Source of the DNA: Candidatus Marinacidobacterium sp.
GTDB lineage: Bacteria > Acidobacteriota > Vicinamibacteria > Marinacidobacterales > Marinacidobacteraceae
Reading direction: 5' to 3'
Assembly: GCA_965220965.1 (NCBI GenBank)
Contig: OZ244852.1
Location: forward strand, 1,376,001-1,440,000
DNA: 64,000 bases
Positions 54,625 through 64,000 of this stretch are shown here, piece after piece (position 1 is the first letter of the stretch; each line of letters begins with the position of its first letter). The position numbers and the translations under genes were made by a program. The notes beneath the pieces are model-generated. The model had not been told where the DNA came from and searched no databases. It saw only the letters and a list, made by a program, of their open reading frames with translations.

Positions 54625-56415
54625 ATGCGCCGGCCCGGCTCGTACTGCCCTCTCCCGCAGATCGGATCGTCCGGGATCCTGATCGCCGCAGCGGCGCTTT
54701 CCCTGTCTTGTGGAGAAGGGGGTTCTCCCACTGCTACGCCCACGTCGCCCGCCGCGCCGGCGACCCCGCCGGTCCTGACGCTCGAGATCCCGCCTCTCGA
54801 GCGGACGGAGTACCTCGTCGGCATGGTGGACCGGTTGCCGGACGCGGGAGCCGTGACCTGGACCTCCTCGAACGCGGATGTGCTCGAAGTTCTGCCAAAC
54901 GGCCGCTTCCTGGCGCGGGGCCCGGGCGAGGCGGAGCTGATCGCCTCCCGGGAGGGGCAGGAGGCGCGCGTCACGCTCTCCGTCACGTCGCCCTACGAGC
55001 GGACCGGAGCACCACGGTTGACCGGCCTGGACATCCTTGGCATTCCCTTCGTCCACGACGGGATCGACACCTTCGAGGGCGTCCTGATCCCCTACGGGAT
55101 GTACGACTACGAGTCCTTCCGGGAGGTTCCTGCTTCCCTGTCATCTGCCGATCCCGACGTCCTGACGGTGGATGACGACGGCGTGATTCGCGTGACCGGC
55201 GTCGGAGAGACCACGATCACAGCGACTTACCAGGGGCACTCGGCGACAACGCCGGTAGCGGTATTGCCGTGGGACGTCATCCGGGATGCGATCAGTCCCG
55301 GGCCAGGGCAGGACGGGTGCGACACGATTTGGGTCACGCCGGGAGTCGCCTTCCCTCCATATCTGGTGGAAGGCACGACGGTCCCCGCGCCGACGTTTGA
55401 GACGTGTTCGGACGGCGCGATCCGAAGAGTTCACGGCGTCCAGCTCGCCTCGTCGGATCCGGCCGTCATCCAGGTCGAACCTGACGGCTTCCTGACGGCA
55501 AGGAGTCCTGGCCGCGCCCGCATCCTCATGTCTTCGGAGCAGGGCCAGGAACAGGGGGGAGAGGCCGAGACGCCACCGATCACCGTTCTTCCCGCCTACG
55601 ACATCACAACACAGGCGCTGACCGAGCGGGCGCACCAGGATCGGCCGGACGACTTCGAGGGGCCCCAGATCCACGTTGTCTACGCGGTCCCCGAAGATGC
55701 GCCGGACCGGGGGCTCGACCTCTCGGGCGCGCTCGAGGAGTCGGTCGCGGCGATCCAGGACTGGATCCGTCAGGACATCGGTTACGAGCTGAACCTGGAC
55801 ACCCACGGCGGACGGCCGGACGTCACGTTCGTGCGACTTCTGACGCCCTACAGCGATTCCTTCTTCGACATCGCTGAAGGCCTGGATCTCGCTCTGGACC
55901 TCCAGCCAGACAAGAAGTACCTCGTGTTTGTCGCCGCGTGGGGAGCTGCGGGCATAGCGGACGACTCGGTCGCCGCCGTTTACCTGGACCGGTACAGCGG
56001 CCTAGGCCTTGTGGAGACCTTTCCGATCGAGTCGGTGTTCAGGATCACGCACCGGGAAACTGTGGCGCTCCATGAAATCCTGCACACCTTCGGAGCGGTG
56101 GCGGAGTGCGCGCCCCACGCGGACGCCAGCTTCCACGTGAACGACACGCCGGCTGACCTCATGTGGCCTTACCTCTCCGAGGATGGGTTTCGTATCGATG
56201 TTGGCCGGGACGACTACTTCGACCACCACGGGGACGACTGCCTCGACACGGCCGACAGCCCCTACTGGCGTCAGGTCACCACCGTGACAACGGACAGTTC
56301 GGCCACCCCCCGCTCTGAAGGGCCTCCAACCCGGACGGCCGCGGTCACGATGGAGGAGCGGATCCGCTCCGTGCTTCACCCCGACCCCACTTTGCGCTGC
56401 GGCCTCCCCCACTGA
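54625..56415 (+). CDS. Ig-like repeat + zincin metallopeptidase lipoprotein, paralog 1
   Basis: LSLSC lipobox; three SS(N/D)P..V Big_2-like repeats; HEILHTFGA..C....FHV..DLM; ends RCGLPH. Confidence 0.8.
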   Translation: MRRPGSYCPLPQIGSSGILIAAAALSLSCGEGGSPTATPTSPAAPATPPVLTLEIPPLERTEYLVGMVDRLPDAGAVTWTSSNADVLEVLPNGRFLARGPGEAELIASREGQEARVTLSVTSPYERTGAPRLTGLDILGIPFVHDGIDTFEGVLIPYGMYDYESFREVPASLSSADPDVLTVDDDGVIRVTGVGETTITATYQGHSATTPVAVLPWDVIRDAISPGPGQDGCDTIWVTPGVAFPPYLVEGTTVPAPTFETCSDGAIRRVHGVQLASSDPAVIQVEPDGFLTARSPGRARILMSSEQGQEQGGEAETPPITVLPAYDITTQALTERAHQDRPDDFEGPQIHVVYAVPEDAPDRGLDLSGALEESVAAIQDWIRQDIGYELNLDTHGGRPDVTFVRLLTPYSDSFFDIAEGLDLALDLQPDKKYLVFVAAWGAAGIADDSVAAVYLDRYSGLGLVETFPIESVFRITHRETVALHEILHTFGAVAECAPHADASFHVNDTPADLMWPYLSEDGFRIDVGRDDYFDHHGDDCLDTADSPYWRQVTTVTTDSSATPRSEGPPTRTAAVTMEERIRSVLHPDPTLRCGLPH

Positions 56416-56475
56416 GACCGGCGGACGAACGCAAGGCAACAGGGCCAGACCCCGCCGCCAACTCGCCGAGGCGGG

Positions 56476-56640
56476 TGCGGCGGCTCACGGTTTGCTTGCA
56501 CCGAGGCGCGGTCTCGAGAGTGGACGGCGCGCTCCGCGCGCGCTTCGAAGGAGCTCACCGGATGTCCCAACCAGGCTCTCCCAGTCCCCTCGCTCGACGC
56601 GCTTCCCGGCTCGGGGCGCTGGCCGTCACGGCGATCCTCT
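56476..56640 (+). repeat. ~165-bp direct repeat (upstream region plus signal-peptide coding), second copy at ~58485-58650
   Basis: GCGGCGGCTCACGGTTTGCTTGCACCGAGGCGCGGTCTCGAGAG...GAAGGAGCTCACCGGATGTCCCAACCAGGCTCTCCC is nearly identical before paralogs 2 and 3. Confidence 0.9.
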
Positions 56641-58421
56641 CCCTGTCCTGCGGGGATGGCGGCGGTCCGGCGCCGACCCCCGCCGCGCCGGCGACCCCGC
56701 CGGTCCTGGGCCTCGAAATCCCGCGTCCCGAGCGCACCGGGTATGTGGTCGGCATGGTGGACCGGTTGCCGGACGCGCTGGCTCGTTCGGGTGAATCGCT
56801 CCTCGGAACTCCCGGGAATGTGACCTGGACCTCCTCGAACCCGGACATCCTGGAGGTCCTGCCGAACGGCCGCTTCCTCGCGAGAGGCGCAGGCGAAGCG
56901 GAGCTGATCGCCTCCCGGGAAGGGCAGGAGGCGCGCGTCACGCTCTCCGTCACGTCGCCCTACGAGCGGACCGGGGAACCGAAGCTGAACGGCCTGGAGG
57001 TCGCGGGGTACTTCGCGCTGCATGAAGGGATCGGCGTCGTCGAGGAGGCGATCGTCGCCTACGGCGTCTACGACCATGACGTCTTTCGCGAGGTGGCGGC
57101 TTCCTTCTCCTCCCAGGATCCCGACATCGTGACCGTGGACGACAACGGCTCGATCCGCGTCAACGGCCCGGGACGGACCACCCTGACCGCGTCGTACGAG
57201 GGGTTTTCTGCGACAACTCCGGTCCGCGTTCTGACGCGGGAGGAGTTCAGGGACGGCTTTCGTTTCCCGCCCGGGGAGGAAACCCTCTGCGGCCTGTATC
57301 GGACCACTCCGACGGCCTACTTCACGACCTTCCTGGTCGAGGGCATGTCCACGCCGCTGCTCACGTACGAGCTGTGCTCGGACGGCGGCATCCGGAGGGT
57401 CCACGATGTCCGCTGGGACTCGACGGATCGGGAGGTCATCAGGGCGGAGCCCAACGGGTTCCTCACCGGCGTGAGCGCCGGCGAGGCCCACATCGCGCCG
57501 AGGCCGGCCACCTCGCCACCGCCGACTTCCGCCCCGGTCGCGGATGACACCGGCCGTCCACCGATGAGGGTCTATCCCGCCCCCGAACTCACGCCGCAGG
57601 CGCTGACCCGCCGGTCCTACCAGGATCGTCCCGACGACCTCGAGGGGCCTCAGATCCATGTGGTCTACGCCGTCCCGGAAGACGCGCCCGACCGGGCGCT
57701 CGATCTGTCGGGCGCGCTCGAAGACTCGGTCGCCGCCATTCAGGACTGGATCCGGCAGGCCATCGGCTACGAGCTGAACCTGGACACTCACGGCGGACGC
57801 CTCGATGTCACATTCGTGCGCCTGCTCACGGGATACGGCGGGGCCGACGCCTCGTGGCCCGATCTGCTCGACGGGCTGGAGCGGGCGCTTGAACTCCAGG
57901 ACGACAAGACCTACCTGGTGTTCGCGCCCGCTGGCAATGACCTCGCCGGCAAGGCGCAGGGTCCAGTGGGCGCGGTCTTTCTGGAGAGGTACTCCAGCCA
58001 GGGCTGGGGAGCCTTTCTGGACGAACTCCTCCCGCTCGAGACGCCCTTCGGGCTCGCGCGCACCGAGATCACCACCCTCCATGAAATCCTCCACACGTTC
58101 GGGGCCGTTCCGGACTGCGGTGCGAACTGGATGGACGGCAACCACGTAAGCGACTCCTCGACCGACGTGATGTGGGCCGCCGGAACGAGGGCGGGCCGCG
58201 TCCACATCGATGTCGACCGGGACGACTACTTCGGCCACGGCCGGGACGACTGCCTCGACACGGCGGACAGCCCCTACTGGCGTCAGGTCGCCACCGTGAC
58301 GACCGACGCAACGAACGTCTCCCGCACACAGGGTCCGAAACCACCCCCGGTCACGATGGAGGAGCGGATCCGGTCCCTGCTGCACCCCGACCCCACCCTC
58401 CGCTGCGGCCTCCCCCACTGA
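56562..58421 (+). CDS. Ig-like repeat + zincin lipoprotein, paralog 2
   Basis: AAGGAG RBS; LSLSC; HEILHTFGA; NHV; DVM; ends RCGLPH. Confidence 0.82.
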   Translation: MSQPGSPSPLARRASRLGALAVTAILSLSCGDGGGPAPTPAAPATPPVLGLEIPRPERTGYVVGMVDRLPDALARSGESLLGTPGNVTWTSSNPDILEVLPNGRFLARGAGEAELIASREGQEARVTLSVTSPYERTGEPKLNGLEVAGYFALHEGIGVVEEAIVAYGVYDHDVFREVAASFSSQDPDIVTVDDNGSIRVNGPGRTTLTASYEGFSATTPVRVLTREEFRDGFRFPPGEETLCGLYRTTPTAYFTTFLVEGMSTPLLTYELCSDGGIRRVHDVRWDSTDREVIRAEPNGFLTGVSAGEAHIAPRPATSPPPTSAPVADDTGRPPMRVYPAPELTPQALTRRSYQDRPDDLEGPQIHVVYAVPEDAPDRALDLSGALEDSVAAIQDWIRQAIGYELNLDTHGGRLDVTFVRLLTGYGGADASWPDLLDGLERALELQDDKTYLVFAPAGNDLAGKAQGPVGAVFLERYSSQGWGAFLDELLPLETPFGLARTEITTLHEILHTFGAVPDCGANWMDGNHVSDSSTDVMWAAGTRAGRVHIDVDRDDYFGHGRDDCLDTADSPYWRQVATVTTDATNVSRTQGPKPPPVTMEERIRSLLHPDPTLRCGLPH

Positions 58422-58571
58422 AGCCGGCGCGCGATTTGGCCGTTCCGGAGCCAGGACCCCCGCCAGGGGCGCGCCCGCCAGCGCCGCGGCGGCTCACGGT
58501 TTGCTTGCACCGAGGCGCGGTCTCGAGAGCGGACGGCGCGCTCCGCGCGCGCTGTCGAAGGAGCTCACCGG

Positions 58572-60377
58572 ATGTCCCAACCAGGCTCTCCCAGTCCCCT
58601 CGCTCGACGCGCTTCCTGGCTCGGAGCGCTGGCCGTCACCGCGATCCTCACCCTTGCGTGCGAGGACTCGGCGGGACCGCTGCCGACCCCCGCTGCGCCG
58701 ACGTCCCCACCGGCCTCCAGCTTCTACAACCCGCGCCCCGAACGAACCGACTACGTGGTCGGCATGGTCGACCGCCTGCCTGACGCCGGAGGCGTGACAT
58801 GGACCTCTTCCAACCCGGATGTCCTGGCGGTCCTGCCGGGCGGCCGCTTTCTCGCGAGAGGCGCCGGCCAGGCGGATCTGATCGGTTCCGGGGCGAGTCA
58901 GGAGACGCGCGTCACTCTGAGCGTCACCTCACCCTACGACCGGACCGGCGAGCCCCGGCTGACCGGCCTGGAGATCGCGGGCCTTGTCGACTTCCTCCTC
59001 CTGCACGAGCGAGTCGGCGTCGTCGAGGGAGCGGTGGTCGCCTACGGCGTTTACGACCAGGAGGTCTTCCGGGAAGTCGCCGCCACCCTCGAGTCACTGG
59101 ATCCGGATGTCCTGACGGTCGAAAAGGACGGAACGATCCGCGTCAATGCCGCCGGGGAGGTGACGATCACCGCGTCCTTCGGGGAGCTCCTGGTGGCCCA
59201 ACAGATCCGCGTGCAGACCTGGGAAGAGTTAAGCGCGAGCTTCTCGGGAGGCGGGGATGAAGTGGGCGCTCCCGAATGCGGCCTCCTCGCGTTCACTCCG
59301 CTGGGGTCCTCTCCAGCTCTGCTGGTCGAGGGCATGACCGCTCCGCTGCTCGCGTACGAGCTGTGTCGGACGAACGGGGCGATGCGACGGGTCCACCACT
59401 CCGACTTCGTCTCCAGCGATCCCGAGGTCGTCAGGTTCGAACCCGAGGGCCTCGTAGTCGCCGGGCGCCCCGGCGTCGCCTCCTACAGGTCCCATACCTG
59501 GGGCCCGGACGGTCCGGGATTCCCCCTCAAGGTTCTCCCCGCTTTCGAATTCACGGCGGAAGCGCTGAGCCTCCGGTCCTACCAGGACCGTCCGGACGAT
59601 TACGAAGGTCCCCAGATCCATGTCGTCTACGCCGTCCCGGAGAATGTGGCGGACCGGGGGCTGGACCTGTCCGGCAAGCTCGAAAACTCGGTCGCCGCGC
59701 TCCAGGACTGGATCCGGCAAGCCATCGGTTACGAGCTGAACCTGGACACCCACGGCGGACGCCTCGACATCACGTTCGTGCGCCTGCTGACCCCCCTGGG
59801 CGGAGAGGCGACCACCGTGTCCGGCCTGCGCGACGGGCTCGAACGGGCCCTGGGAATCCAGGAAGACAAGAAATACCTGGTGTTCGCGCCAACGCGCCTG
59901 GGCTGGCCCGGCGCGGCGCGGGACCCGATGGGCGCGGTCTTTCTCGACCCGTACCTCGGCGCTTCCCGTGGAGAGATCTTCGATCAGTTCGCTCCGCTCG
60001 AGTCGGAGTTCGGGATCACCCGAACCGAAACATCAGCGCTCCGCCAACTCCTCCACACCTTCGGGGCCGTCCCGGAATGCGCTCCGAACCGGGGGAGAGG
60101 CAACTCTGTGAACGACTCGGCCGACGATCTGATGGCGTCAGGCTCCGGGTCTCGCATCGATGTCGGCCGGGACGACTACTTCGGCCACGGCCGGGAGGAC
60201 TGCCTCGACACCGCGAACAGCCCCTACTGGCGCCAGGTCGCCAACGTCACGACGGACAGCTCGGCCGCTTCACGCGCTGAAGAAGGCCACGGCGGGACGG
60301 TCCCGATCACGTTGGAGCAGCAGATCCGCTCCCTGATGGCCAGTGACCGTTACCTACGCCACGCCCTCACTCGCTGA
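58572..60377 (+). CDS. Ig-like repeat + zincin-fold lipoprotein, paralog 3 (catalytically dead)
   Basis: LTLAC lipobox; HExxH replaced by RQLLH; third His replaced by Ser (NSVND); tail RHALTR. Confidence 0.8.
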   Translation: MSQPGSPSPLARRASWLGALAVTAILTLACEDSAGPLPTPAAPTSPPASSFYNPRPERTDYVVGMVDRLPDAGGVTWTSSNPDVLAVLPGGRFLARGAGQADLIGSGASQETRVTLSVTSPYDRTGEPRLTGLEIAGLVDFLLLHERVGVVEGAVVAYGVYDQEVFREVAATLESLDPDVLTVEKDGTIRVNAAGEVTITASFGELLVAQQIRVQTWEELSASFSGGGDEVGAPECGLLAFTPLGSSPALLVEGMTAPLLAYELCRTNGAMRRVHHSDFVSSDPEVVRFEPEGLVVAGRPGVASYRSHTWGPDGPGFPLKVLPAFEFTAEALSLRSYQDRPDDYEGPQIHVVYAVPENVADRGLDLSGKLENSVAALQDWIRQAIGYELNLDTHGGRLDITFVRLLTPLGGEATTVSGLRDGLERALGIQEDKKYLVFAPTRLGWPGAARDPMGAVFLDPYLGASRGEIFDQFAPLESEFGITRTETSALRQLLHTFGAVPECAPNRGRGNSVNDSADDLMASGSGSRIDVGRDDYFGHGREDCLDTANSPYWRQVANVTTDSSAASRAEEGHGGTVPITLEQQIRSLMASDRYLRHALTR

Positions 60378-60383
60378 GCCGCC

Positions 60384-62204
60384 GTGAACCTCCACAGCAC
60401 AGGATCCGCGACGCTCTGCCGGATCCGGCTCGCCTCCTCATTCGGCGTCCTGATGGCGGCCGCCCTCTCCCTCTCCTGCGAAGGCTCGGGGGGGACGGGC
60501 CAGCTCGTCGCCACGCCGACCTCTCCGGCGCCATCCACCCTCGAGATCGTGGCCGAGCGCACGGAGTACCTCGTCGGGATGGTGGACCGGCTGCCCGACG
60601 CGGAAGGCGCTACATGGACCTCTTCGAACCCGGACATCGTGGAAGTCCTGCCGGGCGAGCGCTTCCTCGCGAGAGGCGCGGGCGCGGCGGATCTGATCGC
60701 CTCCCGGGAAGGTCAGGAAGCGCGCGTCACGCTCTCGGTCACGTCGCCCTATGACCGAACCGGCGAACCGAGGTTGACCGGCCTGGAAGTCCTGGGCCTG
60801 CCCGTCCTCCACGACGAAATCGTCGCCTTGGAGGACGCCGTGAAGGTCTACGGCATCTACAACCATCAGACCCTTCAGGAGGTCCCCGCCGCACTGTCGT
60901 CCGCGGATCCGGATGTCCTGACGGTGGACGACGATGGAACGATCCACGTCATGGGGGTTGGCGCAACCACGGTCACGGCGTCGTACGAAGGACACGCGAC
61001 CTCAAGACGGTTCGGCGTCACAACCCGGGAGAAGTCGCGGGCGGCGCTTGTCGACAATCTCGGGGAGGGCTTCGACTGCGGCTTGGTTGCACACTTGGCT
61101 CCGTCATGGGCGGCTCGCCACATGATGCAGGGAATGACCGTGCCCTTTGTCCTTACGGAAATGTGCGTGGACGGGACGATCCGGAGGACTCGCGACGTCC
61201 GCCTTGCGTCCACGAATCCCGAGGTCATCGAAGTCGGTCCGGGCGGCTTCCTCACCGCCAAACACCCCGGCCAGGCCACCGTTGAACCACTCCAGGCGGG
61301 CATCGGGATCCTCGACCAACCGACCGGCCAGTCCGGCTTCGGAGTCTTCACGGTCCTCCCCGAGTTCGAGTTCACGCCCGAGGCGCTCAGCCAGCGGTCC
61401 TACCAGGACCGCCCCGACGACTACGAGGGTCCGCAGATCCATGTCGTCTATGCCGTGCCCGAAGACGTGGCGGACCGCGGGCTGGATCTCTCCGGCCAAC
61501 TCGAGGCCTCGTTCGCGTCGGTCCAGAACTGGATCTGGCAGGCGATCGGCTACCAGCTCAACCTGGACACCTACGGCGGGCGGCCGGACATCACCTTCGT
61601 CCGCATGCTGACTCCCCATGGAAGTGTTGAGGATTCCTTCCAGGACCTGCTCGACGGGCTGGACCGGGCGATGGGGCTCCAGAGGGACAAGAAGTACCTC
61701 GTCTTTGCTCCCGTGTGGTCCTATCTTCTCGGCAAGGCGAGCGTGCAGGAAGGCGTGGGCGCGGTCTATCTGGACAGACACATGAGTATGGCCTGGGGCG
61801 CCCACCTGGACAATTTCTTCCCAGTCGAATCGGAGTTCGACATCACTGGCGGTGAAAGGACGGCGCTCCACGAACTCCTCCACACGTTCGGCGCCGTCGC
61901 CGGGTGCGCACCCAACTTCGACGGCTCCTCCCACGTAGACGACGCGCCGGACGACGTGATGTGGGCAGGTTCGGGTTTCCGCATCGACGTCGGTCGGGAT
62001 GACTACTTCGGCCATGGGCGGGACGACTGCCTCGACACCGCCGACAGCCCTTTCTGGCGTCAGGTCGCCACCCTCACGACCCACGCCTCGGCCACACGTC
62101 GCATCAACAGCCCGGAAGACAAAAGGGCCATAGCCAATATGGAGGCGCAAATCCTCTCCCTGTTCGGGCCCGACCCTTATCTGCGCTGCGCTCTCCCCCA
62201 CTGA
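60384..62204 (+). CDS. Ig-like repeat + zincin lipoprotein, paralog 4
   Basis: LSLSC; HELLHTFGA; SHV; DVM; ends RCALPH. Confidence 0.82.
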   Translation: MNLHSTGSATLCRIRLASSFGVLMAAALSLSCEGSGGTGQLVATPTSPAPSTLEIVAERTEYLVGMVDRLPDAEGATWTSSNPDIVEVLPGERFLARGAGAADLIASREGQEARVTLSVTSPYDRTGEPRLTGLEVLGLPVLHDEIVALEDAVKVYGIYNHQTLQEVPAALSSADPDVLTVDDDGTIHVMGVGATTVTASYEGHATSRRFGVTTREKSRAALVDNLGEGFDCGLVAHLAPSWAARHMMQGMTVPFVLTEMCVDGTIRRTRDVRLASTNPEVIEVGPGGFLTAKHPGQATVEPLQAGIGILDQPTGQSGFGVFTVLPEFEFTPEALSQRSYQDRPDDYEGPQIHVVYAVPEDVADRGLDLSGQLEASFASVQNWIWQAIGYQLNLDTYGGRPDITFVRMLTPHGSVEDSFQDLLDGLDRAMGLQRDKKYLVFAPVWSYLLGKASVQEGVGAVYLDRHMSMAWGAHLDNFFPVESEFDITGGERTALHELLHTFGAVAGCAPNFDGSSHVDDAPDDVMWAGSGFRIDVGRDDYFGHGRDDCLDTADSPFWRQVATLTTHASATRRINSPEDKRAIANMEAQILSLFGPDPYLRCALPH

Positions 62205-62210
62205 GCCGCC

Positions 62211-64000
62211 GTGAACCCCCAGAGCTCAGGGTCTGTGATGCTCCGCCGGACCCGGCTGGCCTCCTCACTCGGCGTCCTGATGGCGGCCGCCCTCTCCCTC
62301 TCCTGCGAAGGCTCGGGGGGAACGGGCCAGCTCGTCGCCACCCCGACATCTCCGGCGCCATCCACCCTCGAGATCGTGGCCGAGCGCACGGAGTACCTCG
62401 TCGGGATGGTCGACCGCCTGCCCCAGGTCATCGACCGATCCTCGGAGTACCCGACCAATACGTGGCCGGAGTGGGGATCGATGAACCCCGACATCGTGGA
62501 GATCCTGCCGAACGGCCGGTTCCTGGCGAGGGGTCCCGGCTCGGTGGACTTGATCGCCACCTCCCCTTACCCAGACCAGCAGGCCCGCATCACGCTGGAG
62601 GTCACGTCACCCTACGAACGAACCGGGGAACCAAGGCTGACCGCCGTGGAAATCCTGGGCCCACCCGTCATTCACGACAGGCTCGGCGCCTTCGAGGACG
62701 CCGTGGTCGCCTACGGCATTCGCCACGATCAGACGCTCCGGGAGGTCGCCGCCACGCTCTCGTCGGCGGATCCCGACATCCTGACGGTGGACAACGATGG
62801 AACGATCCACGTCACCGGCGCCGGCGAGACCACTATCAGCGCGTCCTACGAAGGCCACTCGATGACAACGCCGATCGTGGTGTTGACCTGGGAGCAATTC
62901 AACGAACCCTTCCCGCGCATCTACGGGGAACGACAGGACATCGCCTGCAGCCCGGTCCTCTGGACGCCGAATGGATCGACTCCAACTCTTCTGCTCGAAG
63001 GCGTGACCGTCCCGTTGCTCGTGTTCGAGGTATGCCCGGACGGCGCGATGCGCCGGATCCACGATGCCCGTCTCGTCTCCTCGGACCCGGAGATCGTCGA
63101 GGTCGGGCCGGGCGGACTCGTCACCGCCAGGAGGTCAGGACGCGCCGCGCTCAGATACGAGCCGCCCGCGGCGTCGGCCCCGGGCGGCGCCGCAGCGATC
63201 ACGGTCCTTCCCGCGTTCAACGTGACGGCCGAGACGCTCGGTCGCCGGTCGTACCAGGATCGTCCCGACGACTACGAGGGACCCCAGATTCATCTGGTCT
63301 ACGCGGTCCCCGAGGACGTACCGGACCGGGGCCTGGATCTTTCCGGAGAGATCGAGGACTCGGTCGCGGTCGTGCAGCACTGGATCCGGCAGGCCATCGG
63401 CTACCAGCTCAACCTGGACACCTACGGCGGACGGCCGGATGTCAGCTTCGTCCGCCTTCTGACTCCCCTCTCCGGAACTCAGGATTCGTTTGCCGACCTG
63501 CTGGATGGGCTGGACCTGGCTCTGGACCTCCAGCAGAACAAGAAATACCTCGTGTTCACACCGGGGCTGAACTACGCCGGCCGGGCCTCGCGGCTGGTGA
63601 GCGCGGTTTTCCTCGACCGGTACGTGGGCGCCACCTGGGGGGACTTCGTGGACCATCGCCTCCCACGCGACCTGAAGTTCGGCGTCACCAGCACCGAGAT
63701 CGTGGCGCTCCATGAGCTTTTTCACACGTTCGGCGCCGCCGCCGAGTGCGCCCCCAACTTCGAGGCCTATCACGTCAACGACACCCTCGACGATGTGATG
63801 ACGCGGGGACAACAGATCGATTTTGGGAGGGACGACTACTTCGGCCACGGGCGAGCTGACTGCACGGACACCGCGAACAGCCCCTACTGGCGGCGCGTCA
63901 CCAGCGTCGCGACAGACGCCGCGGCAACCCCCCGCTCCGAACGCCCCGACCAGACGGCCCCGGTCACGATGGAGGAGCAGCTCCGCTCCCTGTTTGTCCC
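62211..64000 (+). CDS. Ig-like repeat + zincin lipoprotein, paralog 5 (runs off window end; absent from ORF track)
   Basis: GTG start homologous to 60384; LSLSC; in-frame HELFHTFGA at 63711; YHVND; ends ...PVTMEEQLRSLFV at the edge. Confidence 0.8.
   Translation, partial: MNPQSSGSVMLRRTRLASSLGVLMAAALSLSCEGSGGTGQLVATPTSPAPSTLEIVAERTEYLVGMVDRLPQVIDRSSEYPTNTWPEWGSMNPDIVEILPNGRFLARGPGSVDLIATSPYPDQQARITLEVTSPYERTGEPRLTAVEILGPPVIHDRLGAFEDAVVAYGIRHDQTLREVAATLSSADPDILTVDNDGTIHVTGAGETTISASYEGHSMTTPIVVLTWEQFNEPFPRIYGERQDIACSPVLWTPNGSTPTLLLEGVTVPLLVFEVCPDGAMRRIHDARLVSSDPEIVEVGPGGLVTARRSGRAALRYEPPAASAPGGAAAITVLPAFNVTAETLGRRSYQDRPDDYEGPQIHLVYAVPEDVPDRGLDLSGEIEDSVAVVQHWIRQAIGYQLNLDTYGGRPDVSFVRLLTPLSGTQDSFADLLDGLDLALDLQQNKKYLVFTPGLNYAGRASRLVSAVFLDRYVGATWGDFVDHRLPRDLKFGVTSTEIVALHELFHTFGAAAECAPNFEAYHVNDTLDDVMTRGQQIDFGRDDYFGHGRADCTDTANSPYWRRVTSVATDAAATPRSERPDQTAPVTMEEQLRSLFV

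Noticed and set aside
54625-64000. Array as a diversity-generating retroelement target or CRISPR-like repeat
   Set aside because: No reverse transcriptase, no adenine-specific TR/VR pair seen and no short regularly spaced repeats; the repeats are gene-scale paralogy.

Overview
GC-rich bacterial DNA, most likely a diderm such as an Acidobacteriota member. That taxonomy is an inference from gene content: dnaK-dnaJ-hspR, paired DUF507 genes, a PQQ-propeller and a PD40-amidohydrolase. Most long ORFs in the supplied track are antisense shadow frames. The housekeeping and catabolic backbone comprises dnaK-dnaJ-hspR, groES-groEL, tRNA-Asp, kynU, lhr, galK, mmsA, a GH2 beta-galactosidase, and many secreted hydrolases and transporters. 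Five features stand out. (1) A tandemly duplicated cassette of a secreted Cys-rich leader peptide, a ~160-nt structured RNA with a compensatory indel between copies, and a His/Met-rich outer-membrane barrel. The leader ends in an RGPP arrest-like motif in copy 2 and is frameshifted exactly at that motif in copy 1; this is a probable metal (Cu)-sensing translational switch. (2) Two selenoprotein genes that the ORF track misses or truncates: a SelW/Rdx protein (CxxU) and a PCYCGC-like protein (UxxC), each with a SECIS-like hairpin. (3) An array of at least five mosaic Ig-like/zincin lipoprotein paralogs with a C-terminal RC(G/A)LPH tail; this Cys is lost together with the zinc ligands in the one pseudo-enzyme copy. 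(4) A 180-bp MITE with a CTAA target duplication. (5) Recurrent leaderless promoter architecture.
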